Assembly: GCA_964480775.1 (NCBI GenBank)
Contig: CAYZRF010000032.1
Coordinates: 1-15,825 of the forward strand
From: an uncultured Nitrososphaerota archaeon
Lineage (GTDB): Archaea; Korarchaeota; Korarchaeia; Korarchaeales; Korarchaeaceae
Length of the DNA stretch: 15,825 bases
Direction: 5' to 3'
In this document: positions 1-6,282 of the stretch, piece by piece
Position numbering within the stretch: the stretch's first letter is position 1
Layout of the letters: each line of letters begins with the position of its first letter
The notes under the pieces: generated by a model
The model's input: the letters and a program-made list of their open reading frames with translations, nothing else
What the model was told of the DNA's origin: nothing
The model's database searches: none
Position numbers and translations under genes: made by a program

Positions 1-572
1 TAGTCGACGATTACGGAAGAACCAATGATCCCGACGTGTTTGCTGTAGGAGATTGTGTTGAAAGGAGAGATTTCATCACAGGAAGCTGCAGAAGTGTAAT
101 GCTTGCTTCATTAGCATGCAGGGATGCAAGAGTAGTGGGAAGTAATCTTTTTGAGATGAAAAGACTAAGGAGAATAGTTGGTGACTACCCGATTTTTTCA
201 ACGATAATCGGTGACACAGCGTTTGGGTGTGCAGGGTTAACTGAAAGACAGACAAAGGAGATGAAAATAGAAGTTGTGAGTGGTGAATTCTTAACAGTGA
301 ATCGACACCCTGGTTGTCTCTCTGACGCAAAACAGATTAAAATCAAACTTTTGTTCGATAAGAAATCTCATCTGCTTTTAGGTGGTCAAGTGAGTGGAGA
401 CAAAGCCGTGGCAGAGATAACTAACTTAATAGGTGTTGCATTACAGGCAAAGTTCACTTGTGAGGACATCTATTTGATGGAAGTAGGAACACACCCCATG
501 CTAACTTCTTCGCCCATCGTTTATCCCGTCATTAAGGCTGCAGAGGACGCTTTAATGAAACTTAGCGCCTAA
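1..572 (+). CDS. C-terminal part of an FAD-dependent pyridine nucleotide-disulfide oxidoreductase (NADH oxidase / CoA-disulfide reductase-like). The 5' end lies outside the window.
   Basis: The frame is open from position 3 (VDDYGRTNDPDVFAVGDC...), so the GTG at 36 in the ORF track is not the real start. The TxxxxxFAxGD FAD-binding motif is followed by a typical dimerisation-domain length. Stop codon TAA at 570-572. Confidence 0.85.
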   Translation, partial: VDDYGRTNDPDVFAVGDCVERRDFITGSCRSVMLASLACRDARVVGSNLFEMKRLRRIVGDYPIFSTIIGDTAFGCAGLTERQTKEMKIEVVSGEFLTVNRHPGCLSDAKQIKIKLLFDKKSHLLLGGQVSGDKAVAEITNLIGVALQAKFTCEDIYLMEVGTHPMLTSSPIVYPVIKAAEDALMKLSA

Positions 573-919
573 TTCTCTAATTTTTCTTTTTTTTCTTTTT
601 CAAACCAGCCTACTTCCCTCATGATTTTTGAAGCAGCTCTATTGCTTGGTCCATCTCCCCTTGCGACGTTTACAGACACACCTTCTCCAACGGCTTCTAC
701 TATTCGAGCTACCGATTTATGCGTGAAACCTGGGCATAAGATAAATGCGTGAACTCCTTCTTTTTGAGCAAGTTCCTTGCATACCTCAACTGCTTCATCA
801 TCATCTTTAACTAAAACGCTTGTAAGTTCGTAGAGAGAAGTCCTAATAACACACCAGTGTTTAGCTGGATCAGCATCTGGAACATGTGCTATAAAGGCAG
901 CCCTAAATACTCCAACCAT
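569..919 (-). CDS. Small conserved hypothetical alpha/beta protein, 116 aa, with a lysine/glutamate-rich tail.
   Basis: ATG at 919-917 and TAG at 571-569. It converges on the oxidoreductase gene and overlaps it by 4 nt. Composition matches the flanking core DNA. The sequence (AAFIAH.PDADP...AVEVCKELAQ.EGVHAFILCPGF) looks like a conserved small-domain family, but I cannot name it with certainty. Confidence 0.6.
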   Translation of the reverse strand: MVGVFRAAFIAHVPDADPAKHWCVIRTSLYELTSVLVKDDDEAVEVCKELAQKEGVHAFILCPGFTHKSVARIVEAVGEGVSVNVARGDGPSNRAASKIMREVGWFEKEKKEKLEN

Positions 920-1076
920 AATGATCCCATGTTTAGGGCATGAGTCTCGTTAAAAAGTTCGGTTTTGAAATCTCTTAGCTCTCCATCTTCCCTTTCCTCC
1001 ATTAATCTACAGGGTATTAGCGGACCTGTCCTTCTAGAGCGCAAGAAGATGAGGGGAAGAAGAGAATATTGGGGCT

Positions 1077-1109
1077 ATAAGGAGTTCTCTCTAATTTGGA
1101 ACTCCTTAT
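1077..1109. repeat. Perfect 11-bp stem with an 11-nt loop (ATAAGGAGTTC-N11-GAACTCCTTAT) in a noncoding stretch of about 350 nt.
   Basis: Read directly from the sequence: 1077-1087 is the exact reverse complement of 1099-1109. No ORF of 60 aa or more covers 920-1272 on either strand. Confidence 0.4.
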
Positions 1110-1272
1110 GGAGGTCTTCAAAGAACTAGGAAGTTAGAGAGGTAGGAAACTTTAGGAGGAGGCTTGGAAGCCTGCAGGAAAAGAAGATACCTATAAACAT
1201 TGAAAGATTCTCCAATCTTCAGGAGGGAAAGGGCTGCCTACTCAAGCATGTCCTAACATGAATGCTTGATCC

Positions 1273-1428
1273 TTACTTAGGCTCCTCTTCCTTGCTTCTC
1301 GCCAGCTCTATAAGCCTCCTTATTATGTCATCGTAGGTCTCCCCCTTCTTTCCAAGCTCCTTCAGTATCTCCCTAGTCTCCTTCGATATCTGGATTGTCG
1401 TGAGTTCCTTCCTGTCCTTGGGCATCAT
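1273..1428 (-). CDS. 51-aa ribbon-helix-helix (CopG/VapB-antitoxin-like) protein. Absent from the supplied ORF track, presumably because it is below the length cutoff.
   Basis: Manual translation gives MMPKDRKELTTIQISKETREILKELGKKGETYDDIIRRLIELARSKEEEPK*. The pattern is a beta-strand (TTIQIS) followed by two helices, as in RHH folds. ATG ATG at 1428-1423, TAA at 1275-1273. An A/T-rich TATA-like element (GATTTAAAATC, 1448-1458) lies about 25 nt upstream. Confidence 0.6.
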   Translation of the reverse strand: MMPKDRKELTTIQISKETREILKELGKKGETYDDIIRRLIELARSKEEEPK

Positions 1429-1526
1429 GGCTATATGACAAGCATGGATTTTAAATCTAATTATGTGAAAAGTTTTCTTATTAATGATATTTATATATAG
1501 TTATATGCTATTAAATAATATTAGAG
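1429..1526. promoter_or_regulatory. Very A/T-rich divergent promoter region between the RHH gene (-) and the HTH-LAGLIDADG gene (+).
   Basis: There are TATA-like boxes on both strands. TTTATATATA at 1490-1499 lies about 30 nt before the ATG at 1527. GATTTAAAATC (reverse complement of 1448-1458) lies about 25 nt before the ATG at 1428. No experimental support. Confidence 0.35.
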
Positions 1527-1840
1527 ATGGGGCTAATGCCTGAAAGCCTCAAGGACCCAAAGACCACGCCTGGAGGTAGAAGGATACCACATGACCTCCG
1601 AGTAGAGCTTTACCATTTCGTTAGAGAGCTAAACAAAAGCGGGATCGGCTACAGAAGGATCCAGAAGATCGTGGTGGAAAGGTATGGGGTCTGGATAAGC
1701 AGATCTAACATCTCCTACTGGGTTAGGGGCATGCACACTCCAGAAAGGGAGCCGTACAACAAGCCAGACTTCTCAAAGCCGGAGATGGCTTGGATAGCTG
1801 GCATGCTTGCTGGAGATGGATCAATAAAGGTGAACAAGAT
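1527..1840 (+). pseudogene. 5' fragment of an HTH plus LAGLIDADG-type homing-endonuclease-like gene, truncated about 4 codons after its LAGLIDADG motif.
   Basis: It has an N-terminal HTH-like segment (IGYRRIQKIVVERYGVWISRSNISYWVRG) and the motif AWIAGMLAGDGSI (LAGLIDADG type). After about nt 1840 the 158-aa ORF-track reading only runs antisense through the 3' end of the next gene (low-complexity FFLCASLPLRLSSSS). G+C also drops sharply at that point. Confidence 0.6.
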
Positions 1841-2827
1841 TCATAGGAACTTTTCCAATGAAGTTGTTTTCTTATATCGTGTGCCTTTTTTTCTTTGTGC
1901 TAGTCTTCCTCTTCGTTTAAGTTCAAGTTCTGCACTCTTCCGGATAAAAAAACCTAGGAAATCTGGTGCTCGTATGTACTTCTTAGGATTAAGGAAAATT
2001 TGATTCCTTCCTTTGTCCCATTTTAGAATTTTTAGGTCTTCTAAAAAAACCAGGGCTTTATTTAATTCACCTTTTGTTAATTGAGCTCTATCTTCAGACC
2101 CTTTAGCCAATCCAGCTATCCAAGGGGGATATAATGAGTTGAAGGCTTCTAAAATTATATCATAGTTAATAGGACTTTTGGGAGACAGTGGATCTTGCAA
2201 TGCTAGAATTATTTGATATACTCTTACCACAAGATAAGGAAGGGGTGGCCTACTACGAACTAACTGATATTTGAACACATCATCAGGAAGAGGTTCGTTA
2301 TTTGCTTCCAATAGTTGCATTAATCTTCCGTCAGAAATTTTTCCATAGATTTTTTTAGAAGAAACGTGCTCGTTCAGACTGTACTTATAGAGGGCCAAAG
2401 AACCTTCTTTAGGTGTTATTGATGCTATTAATTTGACGAAGATCTTCGAAGAACTCTCATGAACAAGGCCAACAACTTCTACAAAGACTTGCTTATCTTG
2501 ATTTGGTAGGGTATAATCGCCTAAATATCCAAGTATATCTTCAAGCTCTTTTTTGAGAACAAATGTATCTTTGCTTCTTGTTCCTTTATGTTCAATAGCT
2601 GTAAAAAGGTTTTCTTTAAAGTTCTGGACAAAAATATCTGGTTCCTTTTTATCGCCTTCTACTTTTGTAATTTTTGGCTCTATTCCTACTACAAAATCCT
2701 TGTTCTTCTCAATTTTTTTCTTAAAGAAGAAGAATAATCTTACTTTCTCCTGATACTGCTGACATTTTTTTCTTATTCTTTCAATTTCCTCATTGAGTAG
2801 ATCCCGTGACACCTTCTGACCACCCAT
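1841..2827 (-). CDS. Hypothetical protein B (about 328 aa). Predicted PD-(D/E)xK nuclease core with an N-terminal coiled coil, a C-terminal winged-helix-like segment and a basic tail.
   Basis: The motif E52 (GIEPKI) ... P65-D66 (EPDIFVQ) ... E81-H-K83 (TAIEHKG) is encoded at nt 2680-2585, with spacing like Hjc-type and restriction-endonuclease cores (PDIIAL..IEVK). The C-terminus has LTKGELNKALVFLEDLKILKWDKGRNQIFL plus KRRGRLAQRKKGTRYKK. The ORF-track start at 2833 is TTG, and I prefer the ATG at 2827. It overlaps the upstream gene by 38 nt. Confidence 0.7.
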   Translation of the reverse strand: MGGQKVSRDLLNEEIERIRKKCQQYQEKVRLFFFFKKKIEKNKDFVVGIEPKITKVEGDKKEPDIFVQNFKENLFTAIEHKGTRSKDTFVLKKELEDILGYLGDYTLPNQDKQVFVEVVGLVHESSSKIFVKLIASITPKEGSLALYKYSLNEHVSSKKIYGKISDGRLMQLLEANNEPLPDDVFKYQLVRSRPPLPYLVVRVYQIILALQDPLSPKSPINYDIILEAFNSLYPPWIAGLAKGSEDRAQLTKGELNKALVFLEDLKILKWDKGRNQIFLNPKKYIRAPDFLGFFIRKSAELELKRRGRLAQRKKGTRYKKTTSLEKFL

Positions 2828-3860
2828 GTTCAATTTTCGCCTGAGGAAATGTAGTTGTTATGATTTCGTCCAAAAGAGATAAGCTCATTGGGGTTGCTCT
2901 AAGAAACGGAATGATTTTTATTTCATCTTCATATATGAAGATGTCATATGTGCTTCTATCTTTTTTATCGGTAATAGCTAACCAAGCCCAAGGGTTTTCT
3001 CCAAATTTTGACATTATCCAGAAGTTACTTTTGAGAAAGTTAACAAAAGTCCTAATATTATCGCTAGACAGCTGAAAATCTCTTATTTTGTATGTAATAG
3101 GGAATATTTGAACTTCTTCTCTAATGATCTTTCTTTCTTTATTAGAAAATCCTATCATGTTTTGGTATGCTATTTTGAGATAAGAATCTATAAGAAGCCT
3201 AATGACCTCGAACAAACACTCTTGAGAACCCCCGTAAACAGTTATACTACCATCACGCCTTATTCTAACCTCGAATAGAACTTTTCCTTCGCTCAAATAA
3301 TCAAATAATAGAGCTTTTAGGCCAGCTTTCTCTCTATTTAATAATTCCTGCATCTCTTTCCGTGAGTATTCTTTTCGACCCCATTTTCTTGTTGTTTCCT
3401 TCCTTGCATAGGAAAAGAGAGTAAATTCTCTAATAAGAACTTTTGCAGCGTTTTCTGTCAACTGATCAATAAGAGAAAGAAGTTGTGGGGTCTTAATTCT
3501 AGCTCTTGCAAGAAGCGGGTACGAGTTGTATAAAAAGGAGGATGCAATGCTTCTTATATTTTCCTGTTGTCCCGTTCTTTTTGGTAAAAAGAAGCGCCAA
3601 TGTGTTTCATAAGGTATCAGGTAACCACTAATTTCTCGTACGTATCCTCGTAGTTTTACTTCATAGGTTTCTTCCGCAATTTGTAGATAGTTAAACCTGT
3701 CTCCTTTTTCAAGTGCTGATTCTAATAATTCATGAAATGTCTTTACGTTGTTACCTATTCTTTTATGTGGAAAGGCAAGAAAAATATGAACAGAAGACAA
3801 ACTTCCTGTTATTAGACCAGCGTTAAGATCGCTTAGTACTTGCCATGGAGTAGGGCTCAT
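2790..3860 (-). CDS. Hypothetical protein A (356 aa), with no domain I can recognise. First gene of the AT-rich two-gene cassette.
   Basis: Long uninterrupted ORF with ATG at 3860-3858 and TGA at 2792-2790, on the same strand as gene B and overlapping it. An A/T-rich upstream region (3861-3900) contains TATA-like strings. One weak D...E-x-K-like string (AITD...YEDEIKIIP) near the C-terminus is not enough for a call. Confidence 0.7.
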   Translation of the reverse strand: MSPTPWQVLSDLNAGLITGSLSSVHIFLAFPHKRIGNNVKTFHELLESALEKGDRFNYLQIAEETYEVKLRGYVREISGYLIPYETHWRFFLPKRTGQQENIRSIASSFLYNSYPLLARARIKTPQLLSLIDQLTENAAKVLIREFTLFSYARKETTRKWGRKEYSRKEMQELLNREKAGLKALLFDYLSEGKVLFEVRIRRDGSITVYGGSQECLFEVIRLLIDSYLKIAYQNMIGFSNKERKIIREEVQIFPITYKIRDFQLSSDNIRTFVNFLKSNFWIMSKFGENPWAWLAITDKKDRSTYDIFIYEDEIKIIPFLRATPMSLSLLDEIITTTFPQAKIEHGWSEGVTGSTQ

Positions 3861-3980
3861 TTTTGTGATTCATATAATACGAAATGTTAATACTAAAAAT
3901 TACTGATGAAATGAAAATTGGCCTGCCTCTTCTTTGGAGATAAAGACACCTTAAGTATGGCGCAGCCACACATAGAGAAC

Positions 3981-4345
3981 CTAAATCAATTTAGTTATCT
4001 CAGTTTTCAACAGGCTATAATCTCTTTCTAGAATCCTAGTAGTCCGCTCCTAAAGTATCCAGACCATCCTAATTTGTTCTTTATGAAGCTAAGCTTAGGC
4101 ACCAAAGGCTTAAACTCCAGATACTTCTTCTCCCAAAAGGGCTTAAGCCTAACCCTATTTGGGTATAAGCGGTCCTTGAATATCCTCTCGCTACTCGTAA
4201 ACGGATCCGATACAACCTCAAAAAGCCCTACAATTCTGATTGGAATCTTCTTATCCTTAATACCTCCTGCATTAGGTAAATGAAGGCCTTAGTTCTCCTT
4301 AAGACTCCTTGAACCATCAAAATCTAGCTCTAAAATCTTTAGAAC
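3981..4345 (-). pseudogene. Degraded inverted paralogue of the EVE/PUA-like gene at 14587-15021. It has at least 2 frameshifts, an internal deletion of about 27 nt and no start codon.
   Basis: Manual reverse-strand translation gives three fragments. They are ..KAFIYLMQE / GIKDKKIPIRIVGLFEVVSDPFTSSERIFKDRLYPNRVRLKPFWEKKYLEFKPLVPKLSFIKNKLGWSGYFRSGLLGF* / RILERDYSLLKTEITKLI*. They lie in three different frames and align with the intact protein. The ORF-track entries 4074-4283(+) and 14715-14927(-) both begin MFFMKLSLGTKGLNS because each is the antisense reading of one copy. Confidence 0.75.
4074..4114. repeat. Left arm core of the inverted repeat: 41 nt exactly reverse-complementary to 14887-14927.
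   Basis: TTGTTCTTTATGAAGCTAAGCTTAGGCACCAAAGGCTTAAA is the reverse complement of TTTAAGCCTTTGGTGCCTAAGCTTAGCTTCATAAAGAACAA. This was compared by hand, and the flanking bases mismatch on both sides. By eye the surrounding ~300 nt are about 80-85 percent identical. Confidence 0.9.
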
Positions 4346-4394
4346 CGTAAATAGGGTGTTAATGATTAAAGAATATTAACTTCAGATAAAAAAG

Positions 4395-6029
4395 ATGAAC
4401 TACGAAAATCACAAGGAGGAAATCAGCAAGACCCGAGAGCCTAGATGGCTAAGATTTGATGAGAGGGGCTTAAGAATCCTTGTTTATGGTTCATCGCTGC
4501 TTTGGTTCCTTCTAGTGATTTTGATTTGGAGGATAAGGCTGTCATTCAGTCTTAGTAAGGACGACTTAGGAGTAATAAGCCAGGTAACGGGCGGTTTTGC
4601 TGCCATATGTTTTGGCTTAATAGGTTTGGATATCATAAAGAGGGATAAATATGGCTTGCTTAGTTCCCTGATCCTTTCTGCTTCGTTCTCCATGACCTCA
4701 TTCCTCTCGCTTCTGACTGAGCTCAGGTTTTCTCCAGGAGGATTGGCTATCATAGACTTTGAAGCTGTCTTAATAGTTGGGATATGGTCGCTCGTTTGCT
4801 TAGTTCTGGATGCAGTTTCTCGGATCTTTAGAAGACGAAGGACAACGAGGATCCGAGAACCACCTGTTGTCTGGATGCTTCAGCCAATACTCGTTGGAAT
4901 ATCGCTAATAAAGCAAAGAACCCTTCTTCAAGGGGTTCTAACCCTATTGGTTGGATCAATCTCGTACTTCATAGGTTCTATCTTGGTTCTCTCTTGGCTT
5001 CTATGGAGAACAGCTGGTATGGATCTGGCGGGCAAAGTGTTAGATATTTTGAGCGAAGGATGGAGAAAACCAATGAGAGCAGGAGATATATTTGCTGAAC
5101 TCCAGTTGAGGGGAATAACCACGACACAGGAGAAAGTGCTCGAGGCTTTGGAGGTTCTAGTTGAGGAAGGAATAGTGACTGAGATTAGACGGGGAGAGTA
5201 TGCAATAGCGCCAGACCTACATTTCCTTAGGAGATCGTTTGAAAACGACGTTATCATTATGCCAGCTGAGTACGATGATGAAATGATTGCAAATCTATTG
5301 AAAATTGATGTTCTTTTGTTTAAGAGATATATAAGTCCAGCATTAAACGAGGTTTTTAGATCGCGCAGAAGCAGGAATTACTACTGTTTCTTGGGCGTCA
5401 AAGTAGCCAATCTTCCTCCAAGAGAAAGACTTAGAAGAGCAAAGTACACAGTTGCCCTTTCAGAGTCAGAGATCTTCTATGGCTCACCATGGGATATGGA
5501 AAGCAAGTTCCTTGAAAAGGTATTGAAGTTTGAGATCCCAGAGGAACTAGATTCCATATCCAAAGTTGTTGAAGAGATTGGTAAGTTTCTCGAGAAAGAG
5601 GTGAAGCACGATCCGAACGAAGGTCCTGTTACGTGCATCTGTTCACCAAAAAAGCATTTCTTACTCATGGATGATTCAAATATGCTTACTGTCGAATTTA
5701 TGCTCTTATTGCTCCCTTTCAATGTTCTCTTAAAATCTGAAAAGATCGCTTCACTCCTCCTTAAAGAGGAGCCAGCCTATAGACTTCTAGAATTTGTATT
5801 TGAATATTTTCATAAAAACAACATCATGCTACTTGAGATTAAATGGACAAGAAGTTTATATGAACCAGAATATAACAGAGTAACCGTTGGTCTAGTGGAA
5901 GATATCCATAATCCTCCTGTTAGAGCAAGAGAGATTTCCTGCAAGGGGGTTCCTAGCAACTGCGAGATTAGATTAAGGGAGATACTACTGGAAGTTATTA
6001 GGGAAGAGTCAACGGCGCCAGATCCATGA
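4395..6029 (+). CDS. Orphan membrane protein (544 aa): about 6 N-terminal transmembrane helices, a cytoplasmic winged-helix domain, and a C-terminal domain of about 270 aa with unknown fold.
   Basis: Hydrophobic segments lie at about aa 28-45, 60-81, 88-107, 117-141, 158-172 and 177-204. The wHTH-like segment RAGDIFAELQLRGITTTQEKVLEALEVLVEEGIVTEIRRGEYAI is at aa ~228-271 (nt ~5076-5210). The long ORF has coding-like composition. I cannot name any homolog. Confidence 0.75.
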   Translation: MNYENHKEEISKTREPRWLRFDERGLRILVYGSSLLWFLLVILIWRIRLSFSLSKDDLGVISQVTGGFAAICFGLIGLDIIKRDKYGLLSSLILSASFSMTSFLSLLTELRFSPGGLAIIDFEAVLIVGIWSLVCLVLDAVSRIFRRRRTTRIREPPVVWMLQPILVGISLIKQRTLLQGVLTLLVGSISYFIGSILVLSWLLWRTAGMDLAGKVLDILSEGWRKPMRAGDIFAELQLRGITTTQEKVLEALEVLVEEGIVTEIRRGEYAIAPDLHFLRRSFENDVIIMPAEYDDEMIANLLKIDVLLFKRYISPALNEVFRSRRSRNYYCFLGVKVANLPPRERLRRAKYTVALSESEIFYGSPWDMESKFLEKVLKFEIPEELDSISKVVEEIGKFLEKEVKHDPNEGPVTCICSPKKHFLLMDDSNMLTVEFMLLLLPFNVLLKSEKIASLLLKEEPAYRLLEFVFEYFHKNNIMLLEIKWTRSLYEPEYNRVTVGLVEDIHNPPVRAREISCKGVPSNCEIRLREILLEVIREESTAPDP

Positions 6030-6034
6030 ACTTG

Positions 6035-6187
6035 TTATTTTATGGCCCATTCTCTTCTTCGGAAACTCCCCAGGGGCCAGGAAGTGTAGCTAGTCATCAA
6101 TTCTTTGTCTGTGTTCAGCAGGACATCAATCCACTCAGCGATCGTGAACTTCCTCCTTCTATCAGCAAACTCATCTAAGATCTCTTC
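6035..6187 (-). pseudogene. Short gene relic (50 codons, no start codon). It possibly derives from a Lon-related/BrxL-type (TIGR02688-like) ATPase gene.
   Basis: Manual translation gives EEILDEFADRRRKFTIAEWIDVLLNTDKELMTSYTSWPLGSFRRREWAIK*, bounded upstream by an in-frame TAG (6188-6190). The F-T-x-x-E-W-I-D-x-L-L string resembles a segment I recall from BrxL-type proteins. This is a memory-based match to a very short fragment, so confidence is low. Confidence 0.25.
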
Positions 6188-6282
6188 CTAAAAAGCTCAT
6201 ATGTATTGGAATAGATGAGTTTGTGAAAGAGAGCATTAGTTAGAGTTAAGGATTTTTATCAATAAGAATTCTTCTTTGCTAG

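Noticed and set aside
76-330. 84-aa - strand ORF inside the oxidoreductase gene.
   Set aside because: It is a shadow ORF opposite a clearly homologous coding frame.
1049-1129. 26-codon + strand ORF (MRGRREYWGYKEFSLIWNSLWRSSKN) spanning the hairpin.
   Set aside because: It is too short, has no RBS, and its sequence is dictated by the inverted repeat.
1841-2003. 3' part of the 158-aa ORF-track entry 1527-2003.
   Set aside because: Past about 1840 the reading is antisense to the C-terminus of cassette protein B, is low-complexity (FFLCASLPLRLSSSS), and coincides with the composition break. Only 1527-~1840 is genuine LAGLIDADG-gene sequence.
2713-2771. Two T7 homopolymer runs (A7 on the coding strand) near the 5' end of cassette gene B, as potential phase-variation tracts.
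   Set aside because: The runs are short and are expected by chance in a lysine-rich gene of about 33 percent G+C. I know of no established slipped-strand phase variation in these archaea.
2553-3075. + strand ORFs 2553-2753 and 2860-3075.
   Set aside because: These are shadow ORFs inside the long minus-strand cassette genes, with F/L/S-rich low-complexity translations typical of the antisense of K/E-rich genes.
3900-3980. + strand reading ..ACLFFGDKDTLSMAQPHIENL.. as a possible second LAGLIDADG motif, that is, the missing 3' half of the truncated gene.
   Set aside because: Only about 20 codons are open before the region becomes the antisense of the EVE pseudogene. The motif match is poor, and there is no further homology-like sequence.
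4074-4283. 69-aa + strand ORF (MFFMKLSLGTKGLNS...) and its near-twin at 14715-14927 on the - strand.
   Set aside because: Both are antisense readings of the EVE gene copies. The sense strand gives a recognisable EVE protein, while these translations are low-complexity. They are useful only as a flag for the inverted repeat.
4484-5722. - strand ORFs 4484-4753, 4928-5257 and 5477-5722.
   Set aside because: All lie inside the 544-aa + strand ORF. They have serine/proline-rich, non-protein-like sequences and no independent start context.
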